A DNA stretch of 60,213 nucleotides, filler included. It is 6 parts of 6 records of this genome, joined end to end, with 100 filler letters (N's around TTAATTAATTAA, not from the genome) between each part and the next. Parts side by side here need not be neighbours in the genome. Positions count along the whole stretch, not along the records: positions 1 to 7,243 come from SRR31147125_18342; positions 7,344 to 13,723 come from SRR31147125_18346; 4 more parts are not named here. One strand, 5' to 3'. Positions 1 through 10,239 of the stretch are shown one piece after another. Made by a program: the position numbers and the translations under genes. The notes beneath the pieces were generated by a model, which worked only from the letters and a program-made list of their open reading frames with translations, did not search any database and was not told where the DNA came from. How positions within the stretch are numbered: position 1 is the first letter of the stretch; every line of letters begins with the position of its first letter.

Positions 1-2
1 TA

Positions 3-734
3 AAAGAAACCAGCCAGTTTTTAATTGCCAAAAGTACCGACGACGGGAAAAGCTGGGGTGAGCCAATAAATCTTACAAAAATGTGTAAACAAAAAGATTG
101 GTGGCTTTGGGCACCTGCTCCCGGTCACGGAATAACTTTGGAAGATGGAACGCTGTTATTTCCAACCCAGGGGCGCGATAATACCGGACTGCCTTTTTCG
201 AATATTACCTACAGCCAAGATGGAGGCAAAACATGGCTTACCAGCAAGGCAGCTTACGACAATACAACCGAATCGATGGCGGTACAACTTTCGGATGGCA
301 GTATTATGCTGAATATGCGTAATAACCGCAACCGACAGGAAAAGGGAGATAAAAATGGTCGTGCCATTGCTGTAACAAACGATTTGGGCGAAACCTGGAC
401 GGAGCATCCAACATCGTGTAATGCTTTAATTGAAAGTGTTTGTATGGCAAGTATTCATAAACATAAATATACAAATGACGAAGGACAGGAGAAAAATGTT
501 CTTTTCTTTTCGAACCCGAACTCGAAATATAAACGACACAAGCAAACCATAAAAGCAAGTTTCGACGATGGTTTAACCTGGCCCGAAAAATATTGGATTG
601 AACTGGATGAAGGGCGCGGCGCAGGTTATTCATGCCTCACTTCGGTTGATGAAAATACTATCGGCATTTTATACGAGGGAAGTCAGGCGCACATGACTTT
701 TCAAACGATTGACATTCAGGAATTCTTAAAATAA
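3..734 (+). CDS. Exo-alpha-sialidase (GH33), 5'-truncated
   Basis: The frame is open from the window start. Several Asp-boxes are present (STDDGKSW, SQDGGKTW, TNDLGETW, SFDDGLTW), plus TTES, LNMR and GYSC motifs. It lies upstream of a NanA-type lyase. Confidence 0.9.
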   Translation, partial: KETSQFLIAKSTDDGKSWGEPINLTKMCKQKDWWLWAPAPGHGITLEDGTLLFPTQGRDNTGLPFSNITYSQDGGKTWLTSKAAYDNTTESMAVQLSDGSIMLNMRNNRNRQEKGDKNGRAIAVTNDLGETWTEHPTSCNALIESVCMASIHKHKYTNDEGQEKNVLFFSNPNSKYKRHKQTIKASFDDGLTWPEKYWIELDEGRGAGYSCLTSVDENTIGILYEGSQAHMTFQTIDIQEFLK

Positions 735-740
735 AAGGTA

Positions 741-1658
741 ATGGTACAAATAGATAAAATACACGGATTGATTGCGGCTCCATATACTCCAATGAACGAA
801 AATGGAGAGTTAAATTTGGAGATGATAAAACCATACGCTGAAAAATTAAAAGCCGACGGATTAAAAGGCGTTTTCGTTTGCGGTACCACGGGAGAAGGAA
901 TGTTGATGACCTCGGAAGAGCGCCGAAAAGTTGCTGAAAAATGGATAAAAGAACAAACGCCTGATTTTAAAGTGATTGTTCATGTTGGTACTACTTCTGC
1001 CAAGCAATCGAAAAAGCTGGCGGAACATGCAGAGCAAATTGGAGCATACGCCACAGGTTGTATGGGACCTGTGTTTTTAAAGCCTGCCAAAACGAAAGAA
1101 TTGGTCAATTTTTGTGCGGAAGTTGCAGCGGGAGCGCCCGGCCTTCCTTTTTATTATTATCATATTCCATGTGTTTCAGGAATAAATGTTTCGATGAAAG
1201 AATTTTTGGAAGAGGCTTCGTTAAGAATTCCAAATCTTGCCGGGATAAAGTTTACCGATAATAATTTTATGGAGATGCAAAAGTGTCTGAATCTCGATAA
1301 TGGGAAATGGGAAATTTTTAATGGATTTGATGAAATGTTGTTGGCCGGATTGTCGTTTGGTGTTCGCGGAGCTGTTGGAAGTACCTATAATTATGCGGCT
1401 CCTTTATACAATGCATTAATCGAAGATTTTGAAAAAGGAGATATTATAGAGGCACGAAAAAAACAATTACAATCCGTTGAAATTGTTGATGTTTTGCTGA
1501 AATATGGTGGTTCAATGGTTGCCGGAAAAGCGATTATGAAATCGCAGGGGATTGATTGTGGCCCGTGTCGTGCACCATTAGCCAAATTGGATAAAGAAGA
1601 ATATCTTAATCTTCTGAATGATTTAAATAATACAACTTGGTGGAGGAATTCCTTTTAA
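741..1658 (+). CDS. nanA: N-acetylneuraminate lyase (DapA/NAL family)
   Basis: GTTGEG motif, YYYHIP and the Schiff-base Lys in GIKFT. Context is between a sialidase and an SSS transporter. Confidence 0.8.
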   Translation: MVQIDKIHGLIAAPYTPMNENGELNLEMIKPYAEKLKADGLKGVFVCGTTGEGMLMTSEERRKVAEKWIKEQTPDFKVIVHVGTTSAKQSKKLAEHAEQIGAYATGCMGPVFLKPAKTKELVNFCAEVAAGAPGLPFYYYHIPCVSGINVSMKEFLEEASLRIPNLAGIKFTDNNFMEMQKCLNLDNGKWEIFNGFDEMLLAGLSFGVRGAVGSTYNYAAPLYNALIEDFEKGDIIEARKKQLQSVEIVDVLLKYGGSMVAGKAIMKSQGIDCGPCRAPLAKLDKEEYLNLLNDLNNTTWWRNSF

Positions 1659-1675
1659 TACAATAATAACCAGAC

Positions 1676-1718
1676 TTCTACTCAGCTCAGTCTGACAGTC
1701 ACAGTGAGCGGAGTAGAA
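1676..1718. repeat. REP-like intergenic palindrome
   Basis: Imperfect inverted repeat TTCTACTCAGCTCAGTCTGAC-A-GTCACAGTGAGCGGAGTAGAA, resembling REP-like elements of Bacteroidetes. Confidence 0.5.
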
Positions 1719-1791
1719 CTGTATTTCAATAAATACAAATTAATTCCACTAATGGATTTTAACAATTAATTTCAAATCGTAATTAATCATT

Positions 1792-4359
1792 ATGAATTCC
1801 AGACTTTTTTTGTTCCTTCTTGTTTTTTGCGGTTGTCTTGCGGTGTTTTCAGGCAAGGCCCAATCAAATTTTGTTTGGGAAGAATTACCCGAAATCCCTG
1901 CTGTGGGAAATCAAAACAAAGCTTTGGGAGTTGCCGGAGCTTTTGTCGGTGTGCACAACAATGTTTTGGTAATTGCCGGTGGAGCCAATTTCGATGAGCC
2001 CAAATGGGAAACTCAAAAATCGTGGCATTCCGATATCCTGATTTTAAAAGAAGGAACATCAGAATGGGAAAAGGCCGGGAACCTGGAAGAACCTATTGCG
2101 TACGGAGTTTCACTATCTGTAAACGAAGGAATTATTTGTTTGGGAGGCTGCAATGGAAAACGTATTCTCGACGAAATTTTTCTGCTGAAATGGAACGAAT
2201 CAGATTCAAAAATTAAGCAGCAAAAAGTTGGGAAATTGCCGCAACCTTGCGCTTATGGGAGTGCCACAATTTTAGACGAATATATTTATGTTGCCGGTGG
2301 ACAAAGCGGTATGGAATTATCGTCGGCCATGAATAATTTTTGGCGCATAAAGATTAACGATTTGCTGGCCGGTAAAAATAATTGGGAAGTGCTTCCATGG
2401 TTGAGAGGAAATGCCCGGGCTTTTAATTATTCGGTAGCGCAAAGTAATGGCGAAAATTCGTGTATTTATGTATTTGGAGGCAGGGCCAGGATTGATGGGA
2501 AAGTTAAATTCTTGAATGATTTCTGGTGTTTCAATCCTAAAGTATTTAATAGCGGAAAGTCGGAAGTGGCATGGCAAGAAGTGGCCGAGCTTCCACATCC
2601 TGTAATGGCTGGAACAGCTGCAGCAATTGGTCAAAATCATATTTTTGTGACTGGAGGTGCCGATGGTTCTTTATTTGGAATGGCCAATTCATTAAAAGAT
2701 AATCATCCCGGATTTCCCAAAAAAATGTTGGCGTACAATACCATAACCGATACATGGTTTGAGGCAGGCGAAACTCCAGCAAATCATGTAACCACCAATA
2801 TTGTTAAATGGAATGATAAAATTGTTATTCCAAGTGGTGAAATAAAACCAAGAACGCGTTCTCCAAAAGTGTGGATTCTAAGTCCAAATCAAACCAGTAA
2901 AACTTTTGGCTGGACTAATTCTGTAACATTGGTTGTATATCTGATATTAATGATTGGAGTTGGCATCTTCTTTTCATTCAGAAATAAAAATACCGACGAT
3001 TTTTTTAGAGGAGGGCAGCGTGTCCCTTGGTGGGCAGCCGGTTTGAGCATTTTTGCTACCATGCTAAGTTCTTTAACGTTTATTGCCATTCCTGCAAAAG
3101 CTTATGCTACCGACTGGGTACAATCTATTGTTAATCTTGGAATTGTTTTGGTAGCCCCGTTTGTGGTTTATTTTGCTTTGCCATTTTTTCGAAAAATGGA
3201 TGTTACCAGCGCATACGAATATTTGGAAAGACGATTCAACGTTATTGTCCGATTGATGGCAAGTGCTCTGTTTGTATTTTTCCAGATTGGGAGAATGGCC
3301 ATCGTTATGTATTTGCCGTCGCTGGCACTGGCAACAATTACCTCGCTTTCGGTTGAAAGTTGCATTTTAATTATTGGAGTTCTTAGTATTCTGTATTGTA
3401 CTATGGGCGGCCTCGAAGCCGTTATTTGGACCGATGCAATTCAATCGATTATATTGCTTGGCGGAGCTTTTTTAAGTTTTGTAATTATTATTCTGAATAT
3501 AGACGGAGGTTTGTCCGGTTTTTTCGAAATGGCATCATCACATCAAAAGTTTCATGTTGTTAATTGGGATTGGGATGTGATGAGTATAACCCGTTCCGCA
3601 TTTTGGGTCGTTTTGCTCGGAGGTATTGCACAATCTGTTATTCCAGGCACTTCCGACCAGGCAGTAATTCAGCGTTACATGTCGGTAGATTCGGATGTAA
3701 AAGCACGAAAAGCCATCTGGACAAATGCAGTAATAACTGTTCCTGCCTCCATTTTGTTTTTTGCATTGGGAACCGCTTTGTTCGTTTTTTATAAATCGCA
3801 TCCAACCAACCTCGACCCTAATTTCCAGATTGATGCCGTTTTTCCATTGTTTATTGCTAACGAATTACCCGTTGGAATTGCCGGTTTGGTTGTGGCCGGT
3901 ATTTTTGCTGCAGCACAATCTACCATTTCCACAAGCATGAATAGCACATCTACTGCCTTAGTAACCGATTTTGCCAAACGTTTTAATTTGTTGAAATCAG
4001 AAAAAAAATATTTGAATTTAGCGCGTATTTTAACAATTATTCTAGGTGTTTTAGGAACTTCTATTGCACTGATTATGGCTAATGCAAACATCATTTCGTT
4101 GTGGGATACTTTTATGAAAGTAATTGGTCTGTTTGGCGGCCCATTGTGTGGTGTTTTCCTGTTGGGAATGCTATTTAAACGGGCAAATACTTTTGGGGTA
4201 ATTACTGGTTTAATTTGTGGCGTGGCTTCAGTAGGATTTGTGCAAATGTCAACTAGCGTAAGTTATTTGCTGCACGCCGGAGTTGGTATTGTTGCCTGTA
4301 TGTTGTTCGGAATTGTATTTAGTTTTTTTGTGAAGACTCACGCACAACCAGATCAATAG
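1792..4359 (+). CDS. Fusion of a Kelch-repeat NanM-like mutarotase and a sodium:solute symporter (SiaT-like)
   Basis: Signal peptide, then Kelch repeats (IAGGANF, YVAGG, YVFGG, SGEIKP), then an SSS domain (DDFFRGG, SAYEYLERRF, GGLEAVIWTD, DQAVIQRY). Confidence 0.85.
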   Translation: MNSRLFLFLLVFCGCLAVFSGKAQSNFVWEELPEIPAVGNQNKALGVAGAFVGVHNNVLVIAGGANFDEPKWETQKSWHSDILILKEGTSEWEKAGNLEEPIAYGVSLSVNEGIICLGGCNGKRILDEIFLLKWNESDSKIKQQKVGKLPQPCAYGSATILDEYIYVAGGQSGMELSSAMNNFWRIKINDLLAGKNNWEVLPWLRGNARAFNYSVAQSNGENSCIYVFGGRARIDGKVKFLNDFWCFNPKVFNSGKSEVAWQEVAELPHPVMAGTAAAIGQNHIFVTGGADGSLFGMANSLKDNHPGFPKKMLAYNTITDTWFEAGETPANHVTTNIVKWNDKIVIPSGEIKPRTRSPKVWILSPNQTSKTFGWTNSVTLVVYLILMIGVGIFFSFRNKNTDDFFRGGQRVPWWAAGLSIFATMLSSLTFIAIPAKAYATDWVQSIVNLGIVLVAPFVVYFALPFFRKMDVTSAYEYLERRFNVIVRLMASALFVFFQIGRMAIVMYLPSLALATITSLSVESCILIIGVLSILYCTMGGLEAVIWTDAIQSIILLGGAFLSFVIIILNIDGGLSGFFEMASSHQKFHVVNWDWDVMSITRSAFWVVLLGGIAQSVIPGTSDQAVIQRYMSVDSDVKARKAIWTNAVITVPASILFFALGTALFVFYKSHPTNLDPNFQIDAVFPLFIANELPVGIAGLVVAGIFAAAQSTISTSMNSTSTALVTDFAKRFNLLKSEKKYLNLARILTIILGVLGTSIALIMANANIISLWDTFMKVIGLFGGPLCGVFLLGMLFKRANTFGVITGLICGVASVGFVQMSTSVSYLLHAGVGIVACMLFGIVFSFFVKTHAQPDQ

Positions 4360-5335
4360 GTAACATAACACTTTTGTTAATACTTTTTCCGCGGTTAACA
4401 GTTTCGAAAAACAAGTTAGCAGCTTCTTCTCCCATCTGGAAAGTAGGATGACTAACCGAAGTGAGTGGTGGATCGACAACCGTTGAATGGAACTCGTCGG
4501 TGAAACCAGCCAGCGAAATATCATCAGGAATTTTATAGCCTTGTTTTTTTACTTCCAGCATTGCCGCATAGGCTACCGTATCATTCACTCCAAAAATTGC
4601 GTCGGGTATATTTTCCAAATCAAGCAATTTTCGTGTTGCTACTCTTGCTTCATCAATACTAAGGTTGCAGTGTATAAGCAGCTTGTCATCGTATTCAAGC
4701 CCACATTCTTTTAATCCGTTTAAATAGCCCACTTTTCTGTTCTGTGAAATATTTAAATGTTCTGGTCCCGAAATATAGGCGATTCTTCGGCAGCCATTTT
4801 CGTAAAAATGTTTAGTGATTTTTTTTGTTGCATCCTGCCCGTTTGCCAATACAGTTGGAACTTGAAGCATTTCGCAGGCTCTGTCGAAAAATACCAGCGG
4901 AATTTCGTTTTTAACCAGCTTTTCGAAATGCACAAAATTATTTGTTTCCTGACTTAAACAAACGATAAAACCCTCAACACGCGATTTTAAAAGATTCTGA
5001 ACCGATTCAATTTCTTTTTCCTCCGATTCGTTCGATGAGGTGATAACAATAAAATAGCCGTGTTCTTTGGCAACCTTTTCAATACCTGAAATAATTGAGG
5101 AATAGAAATGCGTATTAATATCAGGAACAATTACTCCAATCATTTTAGTTTGCTGACGAAGTAAACCCATGGCCAACGGGTTTGGTGTGTAATTTCGTTC
5201 TTCTGCCAGTGCCTGTATTTTTTTAGTCATTTCGGGGCTAATATCCGGGTGGTTTTTTAACGCCCGCGAAACAGTTGAAATAGATACACCCAATTCTTTT
5301 GCTAAATCTTTTAAAGATATGTGTCGTTTGCTCAT
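4319..5335 (-). CDS. LacI family transcriptional regulator
   Basis: N-terminal SLKDLAKELGVSISTVSRAL HTH and C-terminal PPLTSV...LVVRES. It overlaps the 3' end of the transporter convergently by 41 bp. Confidence 0.93.
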   Translation of the reverse strand: MSKRHISLKDLAKELGVSISTVSRALKNHPDISPEMTKKIQALAEERNYTPNPLAMGLLRQQTKMIGVIVPDINTHFYSSIISGIEKVAKEHGYFIVITSSNESEEKEIESVQNLLKSRVEGFIVCLSQETNNFVHFEKLVKNEIPLVFFDRACEMLQVPTVLANGQDATKKITKHFYENGCRRIAYISGPEHLNISQNRKVGYLNGLKECGLEYDDKLLIHCNLSIDEARVATRKLLDLENIPDAIFGVNDTVAYAAMLEVKKQGYKIPDDISLAGFTDEFHSTVVDPPLTSVSHPTFQMGEEAANLFFETVNRGKSINKSVMLPIDLVVRESSQKN

Positions 5336-5482
5336 TGCTTGCAAAATTAGGATTTTTTCGGGTGCCGGGTTTAATCATTTCAAATTTTTAATCAGGAGAA
5401 AATAAGAATATTGTTTGTCTGGTTCAATTATCAGACAGAATTGATGTGAAGCATTTGAGATTCAGGAAGTTTAAGATTTAAA

Positions 5483-5809
5483 TCAGCCACCGGCAATCCA
5501 CTTAAACATTCCCGTAAATACACCTTTTACTGATTCAAGGAAGCCTTTCTCTACGCCTTCTTTTAGTTTCTTATCAACCTTACCGGCTTCTTTAATTTTA
5601 TCCAGGTCCATTTTTTTACCTTCCATTCCTTTGGTTACTTCGTCGAGCGCGTTGGCCATATCTTTAAGTGCATTCGACTGCGATTTAACTATTTCAACGC
5701 TCATATCGAGCGGAACCGATGGAACACCACCTTTGCCGGCAGCTTCTTTTAGCATGTCTACAACTTTGTCTTCCTGTTTTTTTTGTTTTTTCTTTTTCCC
5801 GAAACACAT
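5483..5809 (-). CDS. Hypothetical Lys-rich protein
   Basis: 108-aa ORF filling the intergenic space, with no recognised motif. Confidence 0.55.
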   Translation of the reverse strand: MCFGKKKKQKKQEDKVVDMLKEAAGKGGVPSVPLDMSVEIVKSQSNALKDMANALDEVTKGMEGKKMDLDKIKEAGKVDKKLKEGVEKGFLESVKGVFTGMFKWIAGG

Positions 5810-5912
5810 AGCAATGAGTTTTAAAGTTCATTACAAGTTACGGAAGAATCAACGGTAGAGTTACCCAAATATAAGTAATGATTATATGCTGAATGGTTCG
5901 AAAATAAGGAGT

Positions 5913-6971
5913 TTACGATTCCTTTTTCGATTGTTCCCATTTTTCTTTGGCCAGCTTTTGCATGTCAACAACTTTGTCCGACTCATCAACAATTTCAAGC
6001 CCGAAAAGAGTTTCAATAACGTCTTCCATGGTTGCCAATCCCACAATTGTTCCATATTGGTCGGCAACCATTGCCATGTGTTGTTTCTTAAGAATAAGAG
6101 TATCGAGCAAATCAGCCACCGAAGAGTTATCTTCTGCAAACAAAACCTTTCTTCTAATTTCAATTGCCTTTTTCGAATGTCTATCGGCTGCAATATTTTC
6201 AAGAATGGTGTCTTTCAGAATAAAACCGGTTATATTATCCGAATCCTCATTAAAAACGGGAATTCGAGAAAACTGAAAAGGATTGTGTTCGTTATACAAG
6301 TCGCCGAGTGTTTCGTTTTCATCGAGGCTGAGAACTACACTTCGCGGTGTCATAATATCTTTCACCTTCAGATTTTCGAGTTTTAGCAGGTTCTGGATAA
6401 TCGAACGTTCATCTTTGTCGATGGCTCCACTTTTTAATCCTGCATCGGCCATGGCCGCCACATCGGCGCGGTAAACACTTTTCTCTCCGTCTTTTTTAAT
6501 GAGTTTAGTAATAAATTTACTCATCCAAACAAAAGGCGCCAGAATAAAAATAAGTCCTCCCAAAGAACGTACAGTAAAAGGTGTTAATTGTTTCCAATAT
6601 GTAGCTCCCAGGGTTTTGGGTATTATTTCAGAAAGAATAAGAATAGCCAGTGTCATTAATCCGGCAATCAACGATTCGTAAGTGGCTTCAAAAATAAAGA
6701 GGTTAAGTTTTGTGGTGCCAAATATTTTTCCGGCCTGCACTCCAACACCAATTGCTCCAACAGTGTGTGCTATGGTATTTAATGTTAAAACCGCAGAAAG
6801 TGGCCTGTCAATGTCTTCTTTAAATGCATTTAATCGTTTTCCGATAGTTGGTTTTTCGGTTTGCAGACGACTAACATAGGTTGGGGTAACACTTAGAATT
6901 ACAGCTTCCCAAATGGAACATAAAAAAGAAAAGGTTATTGAAACAAAAAAGAAAAAAAGTAGTGTCGCCAT
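5913..6971 (-). CDS. CNNM (DUF21)/CBS-domain hemolysin-family protein
   Basis: FSFLCSIWEA, LTLNTIAHTVGA, SEIIPKTLGA, VKDIMTPR, FSRIPV and TMEDVIETLFGLEIVDESD motifs. Confidence 0.9.
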   Translation of the reverse strand: MATLLFFFFVSITFSFLCSIWEAVILSVTPTYVSRLQTEKPTIGKRLNAFKEDIDRPLSAVLTLNTIAHTVGAIGVGVQAGKIFGTTKLNLFIFEATYESLIAGLMTLAILILSEIIPKTLGATYWKQLTPFTVRSLGGLIFILAPFVWMSKFITKLIKKDGEKSVYRADVAAMADAGLKSGAIDKDERSIIQNLLKLENLKVKDIMTPRSVVLSLDENETLGDLYNEHNPFQFSRIPVFNEDSDNITGFILKDTILENIAADRHSKKAIEIRRKVLFAEDNSSVADLLDTLILKKQHMAMVADQYGTIVGLATMEDVIETLFGLEIVDESDKVVDMQKLAKEKWEQSKKES

Positions 6972-7112
6972 AATTTCTTATTCAATATTGAATAATACGA
7001 AAATAATGAAATATAGTTAAATGAATAGACGCGATACATTATTTTAATAAACTCAACAGTATTGAAATACGTTTAGGAATGAGAAGATTAATTATTTTGT
7101 AAAATTTAGAGC

Positions 7113-7143
7113 AAAAAAAATCCTGCCACTGGCAGGATTCTTT
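7113..7143 (-). terminator. Intrinsic terminator after the cold-shock gene
   Basis: AATCCTGCCA-C-TGGCAGGATT inverted repeat followed by a T-run on the minus strand. Confidence 0.7.
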
Positions 7144-7162
7144 CACTCGAGCAATATAATAA

Positions 7163-7243
7163 CTATGCTAGTTTTACATTTACGGCGTTAAGACCTTTAC
7201 GGCCTTCTTCCAAATCAAAAGTTACTTCGTCATTTTCCTGAAT
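7163..7243 (-). CDS. Cold-shock protein, C-terminal fragment (cut by the contig end)
   Basis: Translates as IQENDEVTFDLEEGRKGLNAVNVKLA*. It is absent from the ORF track. Confidence 0.85.
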   Translation of the reverse strand: MQENDEVTFDLEEGRKGLNAVNVKLA

Positions 7244-7343
7244 NNNNNNNNNNNNNNNNNNNNNNNNNNNNNNNNNNNNNNNNNNNNTTAATTAATTAAN
7301 NNNNNNNNNNNNNNNNNNNNNNNNNNNNNNNNNNNNNNNNNNN
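7244..7343. other. Artificial contig linker
   Basis: N44-TTAATTAATTAA-N44, which places stops in all six frames. Confidence 0.98.
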
Positions 7344-9704
7344 TCCATCAGTCGGTGCTGTTCCGCCTGTATTGGCATTTCCATTGTATGAAAGATAATA
7401 AGTCGCACAGTATAAACCTCCTGCTGTATTCCACGGAGCTGTATCAATGCTGTGTAATACCCTTGTATCACTCATGATTTGCACATCTGTAGTAAAATAA
7501 TGGTTATTTAGTGTAGCACCACTAAATTCAGCAGTATTTGATGTAAATACTACAGTTGACGCATCAGAAATTTCTAAAGAACCACTAGAAACCCCAGAGT
7601 AACCCTTACCAATATCCTCTGCATTAGAGCCTGCTTTTGCATATACTTTTGCACCACCTGATATTGTTATTGTACCGCCTGAGCTAACTTCACCGCCGCC
7701 GATTCCTGCTCCACCTCCTCCGCCTTGTGCTGATGTAATTGTACCACCTTCTATTGTTATTATACCACCTGAACCCATATATCCGCCACCGATGCCTGCT
7801 CCCTTGTCTCCGCCTTGTGCTTTATTTATAGTAGCTGCACTATTAATCGTGATATTTCCGCCACCTGCATGATAACCACCGCCGATACCCGCGCCTTGAC
7901 TCCCGCCTAACGCATTGTCTATCGTACAATCTGATATATTTATTGTACCGCCACCACAATCATATCCACCACCGATACCTGCTCCCTTGTCTCCGCCTTT
8001 GGCGGTTTCAATATATGCAGAACCGCTAATTGTAATATTTGATGTTAGACTCTGACTACCAGCACCTATCCCTGCCGCATTATTACCGCCTAAAGAATCT
8101 GTTATTGTTCCTCCTGAAATAATAATAGAAATAGCACTGCCTAGCATTCCACTACCGATGCCCGCTGCTTCATCACTGCCCAACACAGACTTTAGTATTC
8201 CTCCAGAGATCGTAATCGTACCGGTTCCATTGCTTTCGCCGCCGCCGATTCCTGCTCCGCCATATTCACTTCCTTGAGCCAAGTCTATTGTACCACCAGA
8301 TATTTCTATTGTTCCTACTGTACTGTTTCTGCCACCACCGATGCCAGCGCCACTACCATAACCACTGTCATATGCACTGCCTTGAGCTTTTTTTATATTT
8401 CCGCCAGTAATAGTAATTGTGCCACCTGTTCCATCATCACCACTACCGATACCTGCTCCGCCATCGCCACCAATAGACTCTGTTATTGTTCCGCCAGAGA
8501 TGCTAATTGCACCGCCATAAGCATTAAAACCACCGCCGATACCTGCTCCGCCAAAATCCCCAGATTGATAATTGCCTCCCTGAGCCTTTACTATTGTACC
8601 GTCTGATATGGTTATAGTGCCTGCCGCTCCACCACCAAGACCGCCACCACCTATGCCTGCGCCGCCGCCGTATATATAGCTTCCACCAATCGCACTGATG
8701 CTACCGCCAGAAATATTGATTACACCGCCAGAACCATGAGCACCGCCACCTATGCCTGCACTGGCTTCACCACCTTGTGCAGATGATATTTGCGCAGTAC
8801 CTTCAATAGCAATATTTCCACCCGAACCCATATATCCGCCACCGATGCCTGCAGCATAACCACCACCCCTTGCGCTGGTAACTGTGCCGCCTGATATGGT
8901 TATACTTCCACCATTTTTACGACTCCCGCCGCCAATACCTGCTCCTCCAGAATCTCCAGATTCATCTCCGCCTTGAGCAAGGGTAATGGCACCGCCTGTT
9001 ATTACTATTGTCCCCCCCGAACCGCCATTTCCGCCACCAATACCTGCTCCTCCATCTCCGCCTTCAGCTCTTTGAATGGTACCACCGGATATTAATATAT
9101 TACCACCAGAACCATCGCATCCACCACCGATACCGGCTCCTCCATCTCCTCCAAGCATAGAAGATCCACCTATAGCTAGCGATATCGTGCCACCTGAGAT
9201 GGTAATATTCCCGGCATTACTGTAATTTCCGCCGCCAATACCTGCTGAGTTTTCTCCGCCATAAGCCAATATCGAGCCTGTTGTTCCATCCGCATCATCT
9301 ATGGTCAACCAAGTGCTACCCTCTACTCGAATCCCTGGTTCTCTATACCCTGATGTAAACGAACTACTTCCATCAAGCAATAGTTCATTTTCTGTGCCAG
9401 TAAAACTCAGTGCACAACCAGATAAACTAACAACAGTGATGGTTGATACAATCAGATGTGTATCGTTTGACAAACATACAATTTGCACATCCCTTTGTGT
9501 AGTAGCGCTATCCATTATTTTATAATAGCCGCCTCCACTTAATTGAAGAGTCCCACTACCATTACCGCCGGATGCTAAATCTACTTCCACAGCATTTGCT
9601 TCATCTAATCCGCCTGATGAATAAGTACCATCAGCCAAAGCACTATTTGGCAAAAATAATATAATTATAACGGCTATTACTACTAAAGCAACTATTTTCT
9701 TCAT
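7344..9704 (-). CDS. Secreted Gly-rich (xAGIGxG) repeat protein, 3'-truncated
   Basis: RBS GAAGGAG and signal peptide MKKIVALVVIAV...ALA. It has about 17 repeats of roughly 30 aa (xAGIGxG...ITISGG). The last visible part, LSYNGNANTGGTAP, resembles the start of an InlB B-repeat. Confidence 0.85.
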
Positions 9705-9794
9705 TTCTCTTGGCTCCTTCTTCAAAAGGTGTAATTTTTCACTCTGATAAAGCCATGTTATATGCAACTCTGCTTTTTAGTCAAACGTGATTGA

Positions 9795-9824
9795 ATGAAC
9801 GGTCGGTTTTGTGCAATAATCGGT
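9795..9824 (-). promoter_or_regulatory. LytTR-type direct repeat upstream of the exoprotein gene
   Basis: On the minus strand, ACCGATTAT and ACCGTTCAT lie 21 bp apart. They match the LytTR consensus [TA][AC][CA]GTTN[AG][TG] (one copy with a mismatch). Confidence 0.6.
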
Positions 9825-9908
9825 TTTTATTTTTTGTGCATTACGCAATTATTGTTAATTCTTGCATTTTTAGTTAATAAGACTTTTTTCGAATAATTGA
9901 GTAAATAT

Positions 9909-9938
9909 ACCGTTAAACGTTAGTTTCCTGCCGTTTAG
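9909..9938 (+). promoter_or_regulatory. LytTR-type direct repeat upstream of the two-component operon
   Basis: ACCGTTAAA (9909) and GCCGTTTAG (9930), 21 bp apart. Confidence 0.55.
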
Positions 9939-10005
9939 CAGACTTTATTTGACTATTTTTATATGCTGTGTAAAAATGAATTAATGACTATTTTTATTTT
10001 AGGAG

Positions 10006-10233
10006 ATGGCTATGAAAAAATTTATTGTTCCGCTTATTCTTATCTTTTTGGGCGGCGTTTCAATCATCGCTTTTAACATCATCGGTTCTTCTGTTTCAGA
10101 AACCGGGGAGTTAATTGAACCCTTCTTTTTAATACCAATCGGCAGCCTGTTTATTTTCATCGGCTTTGTTTGGGCTTTAATATCTGGCATAGTGTTTGTA
10201 ATAAAACATCTTAAACAGATCAAAAAGGGATAA
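10006..10233 (+). CDS. Small two-TM membrane protein (DUF3955-like)
   Basis: RBS AGGAG, IGSSVSETGELIEPFFLIP motif and two hydrophobic helices. Confidence 0.75.
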   Translation: MAMKKFIVPLILIFLGGVSIIAFNIIGSSVSETGELIEPFFLIPIGSLFIFIGFVWALISGIVFVIKHLKQIKKG

Positions 10234-10239
10234 GGCTAT

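Noticed and set aside
7288-7299. TTAATTAATTAA palindrome recurring five times
   Set aside because: It is an artificial six-frame stop linker inside N-runs.
7650-9260. Periodic CCGCC/CCACC repeats suggesting a CRISPR array or VNTR
   Set aside because: They are Gly codons of the protein repeats. There is no constant repeat-spacer structure.
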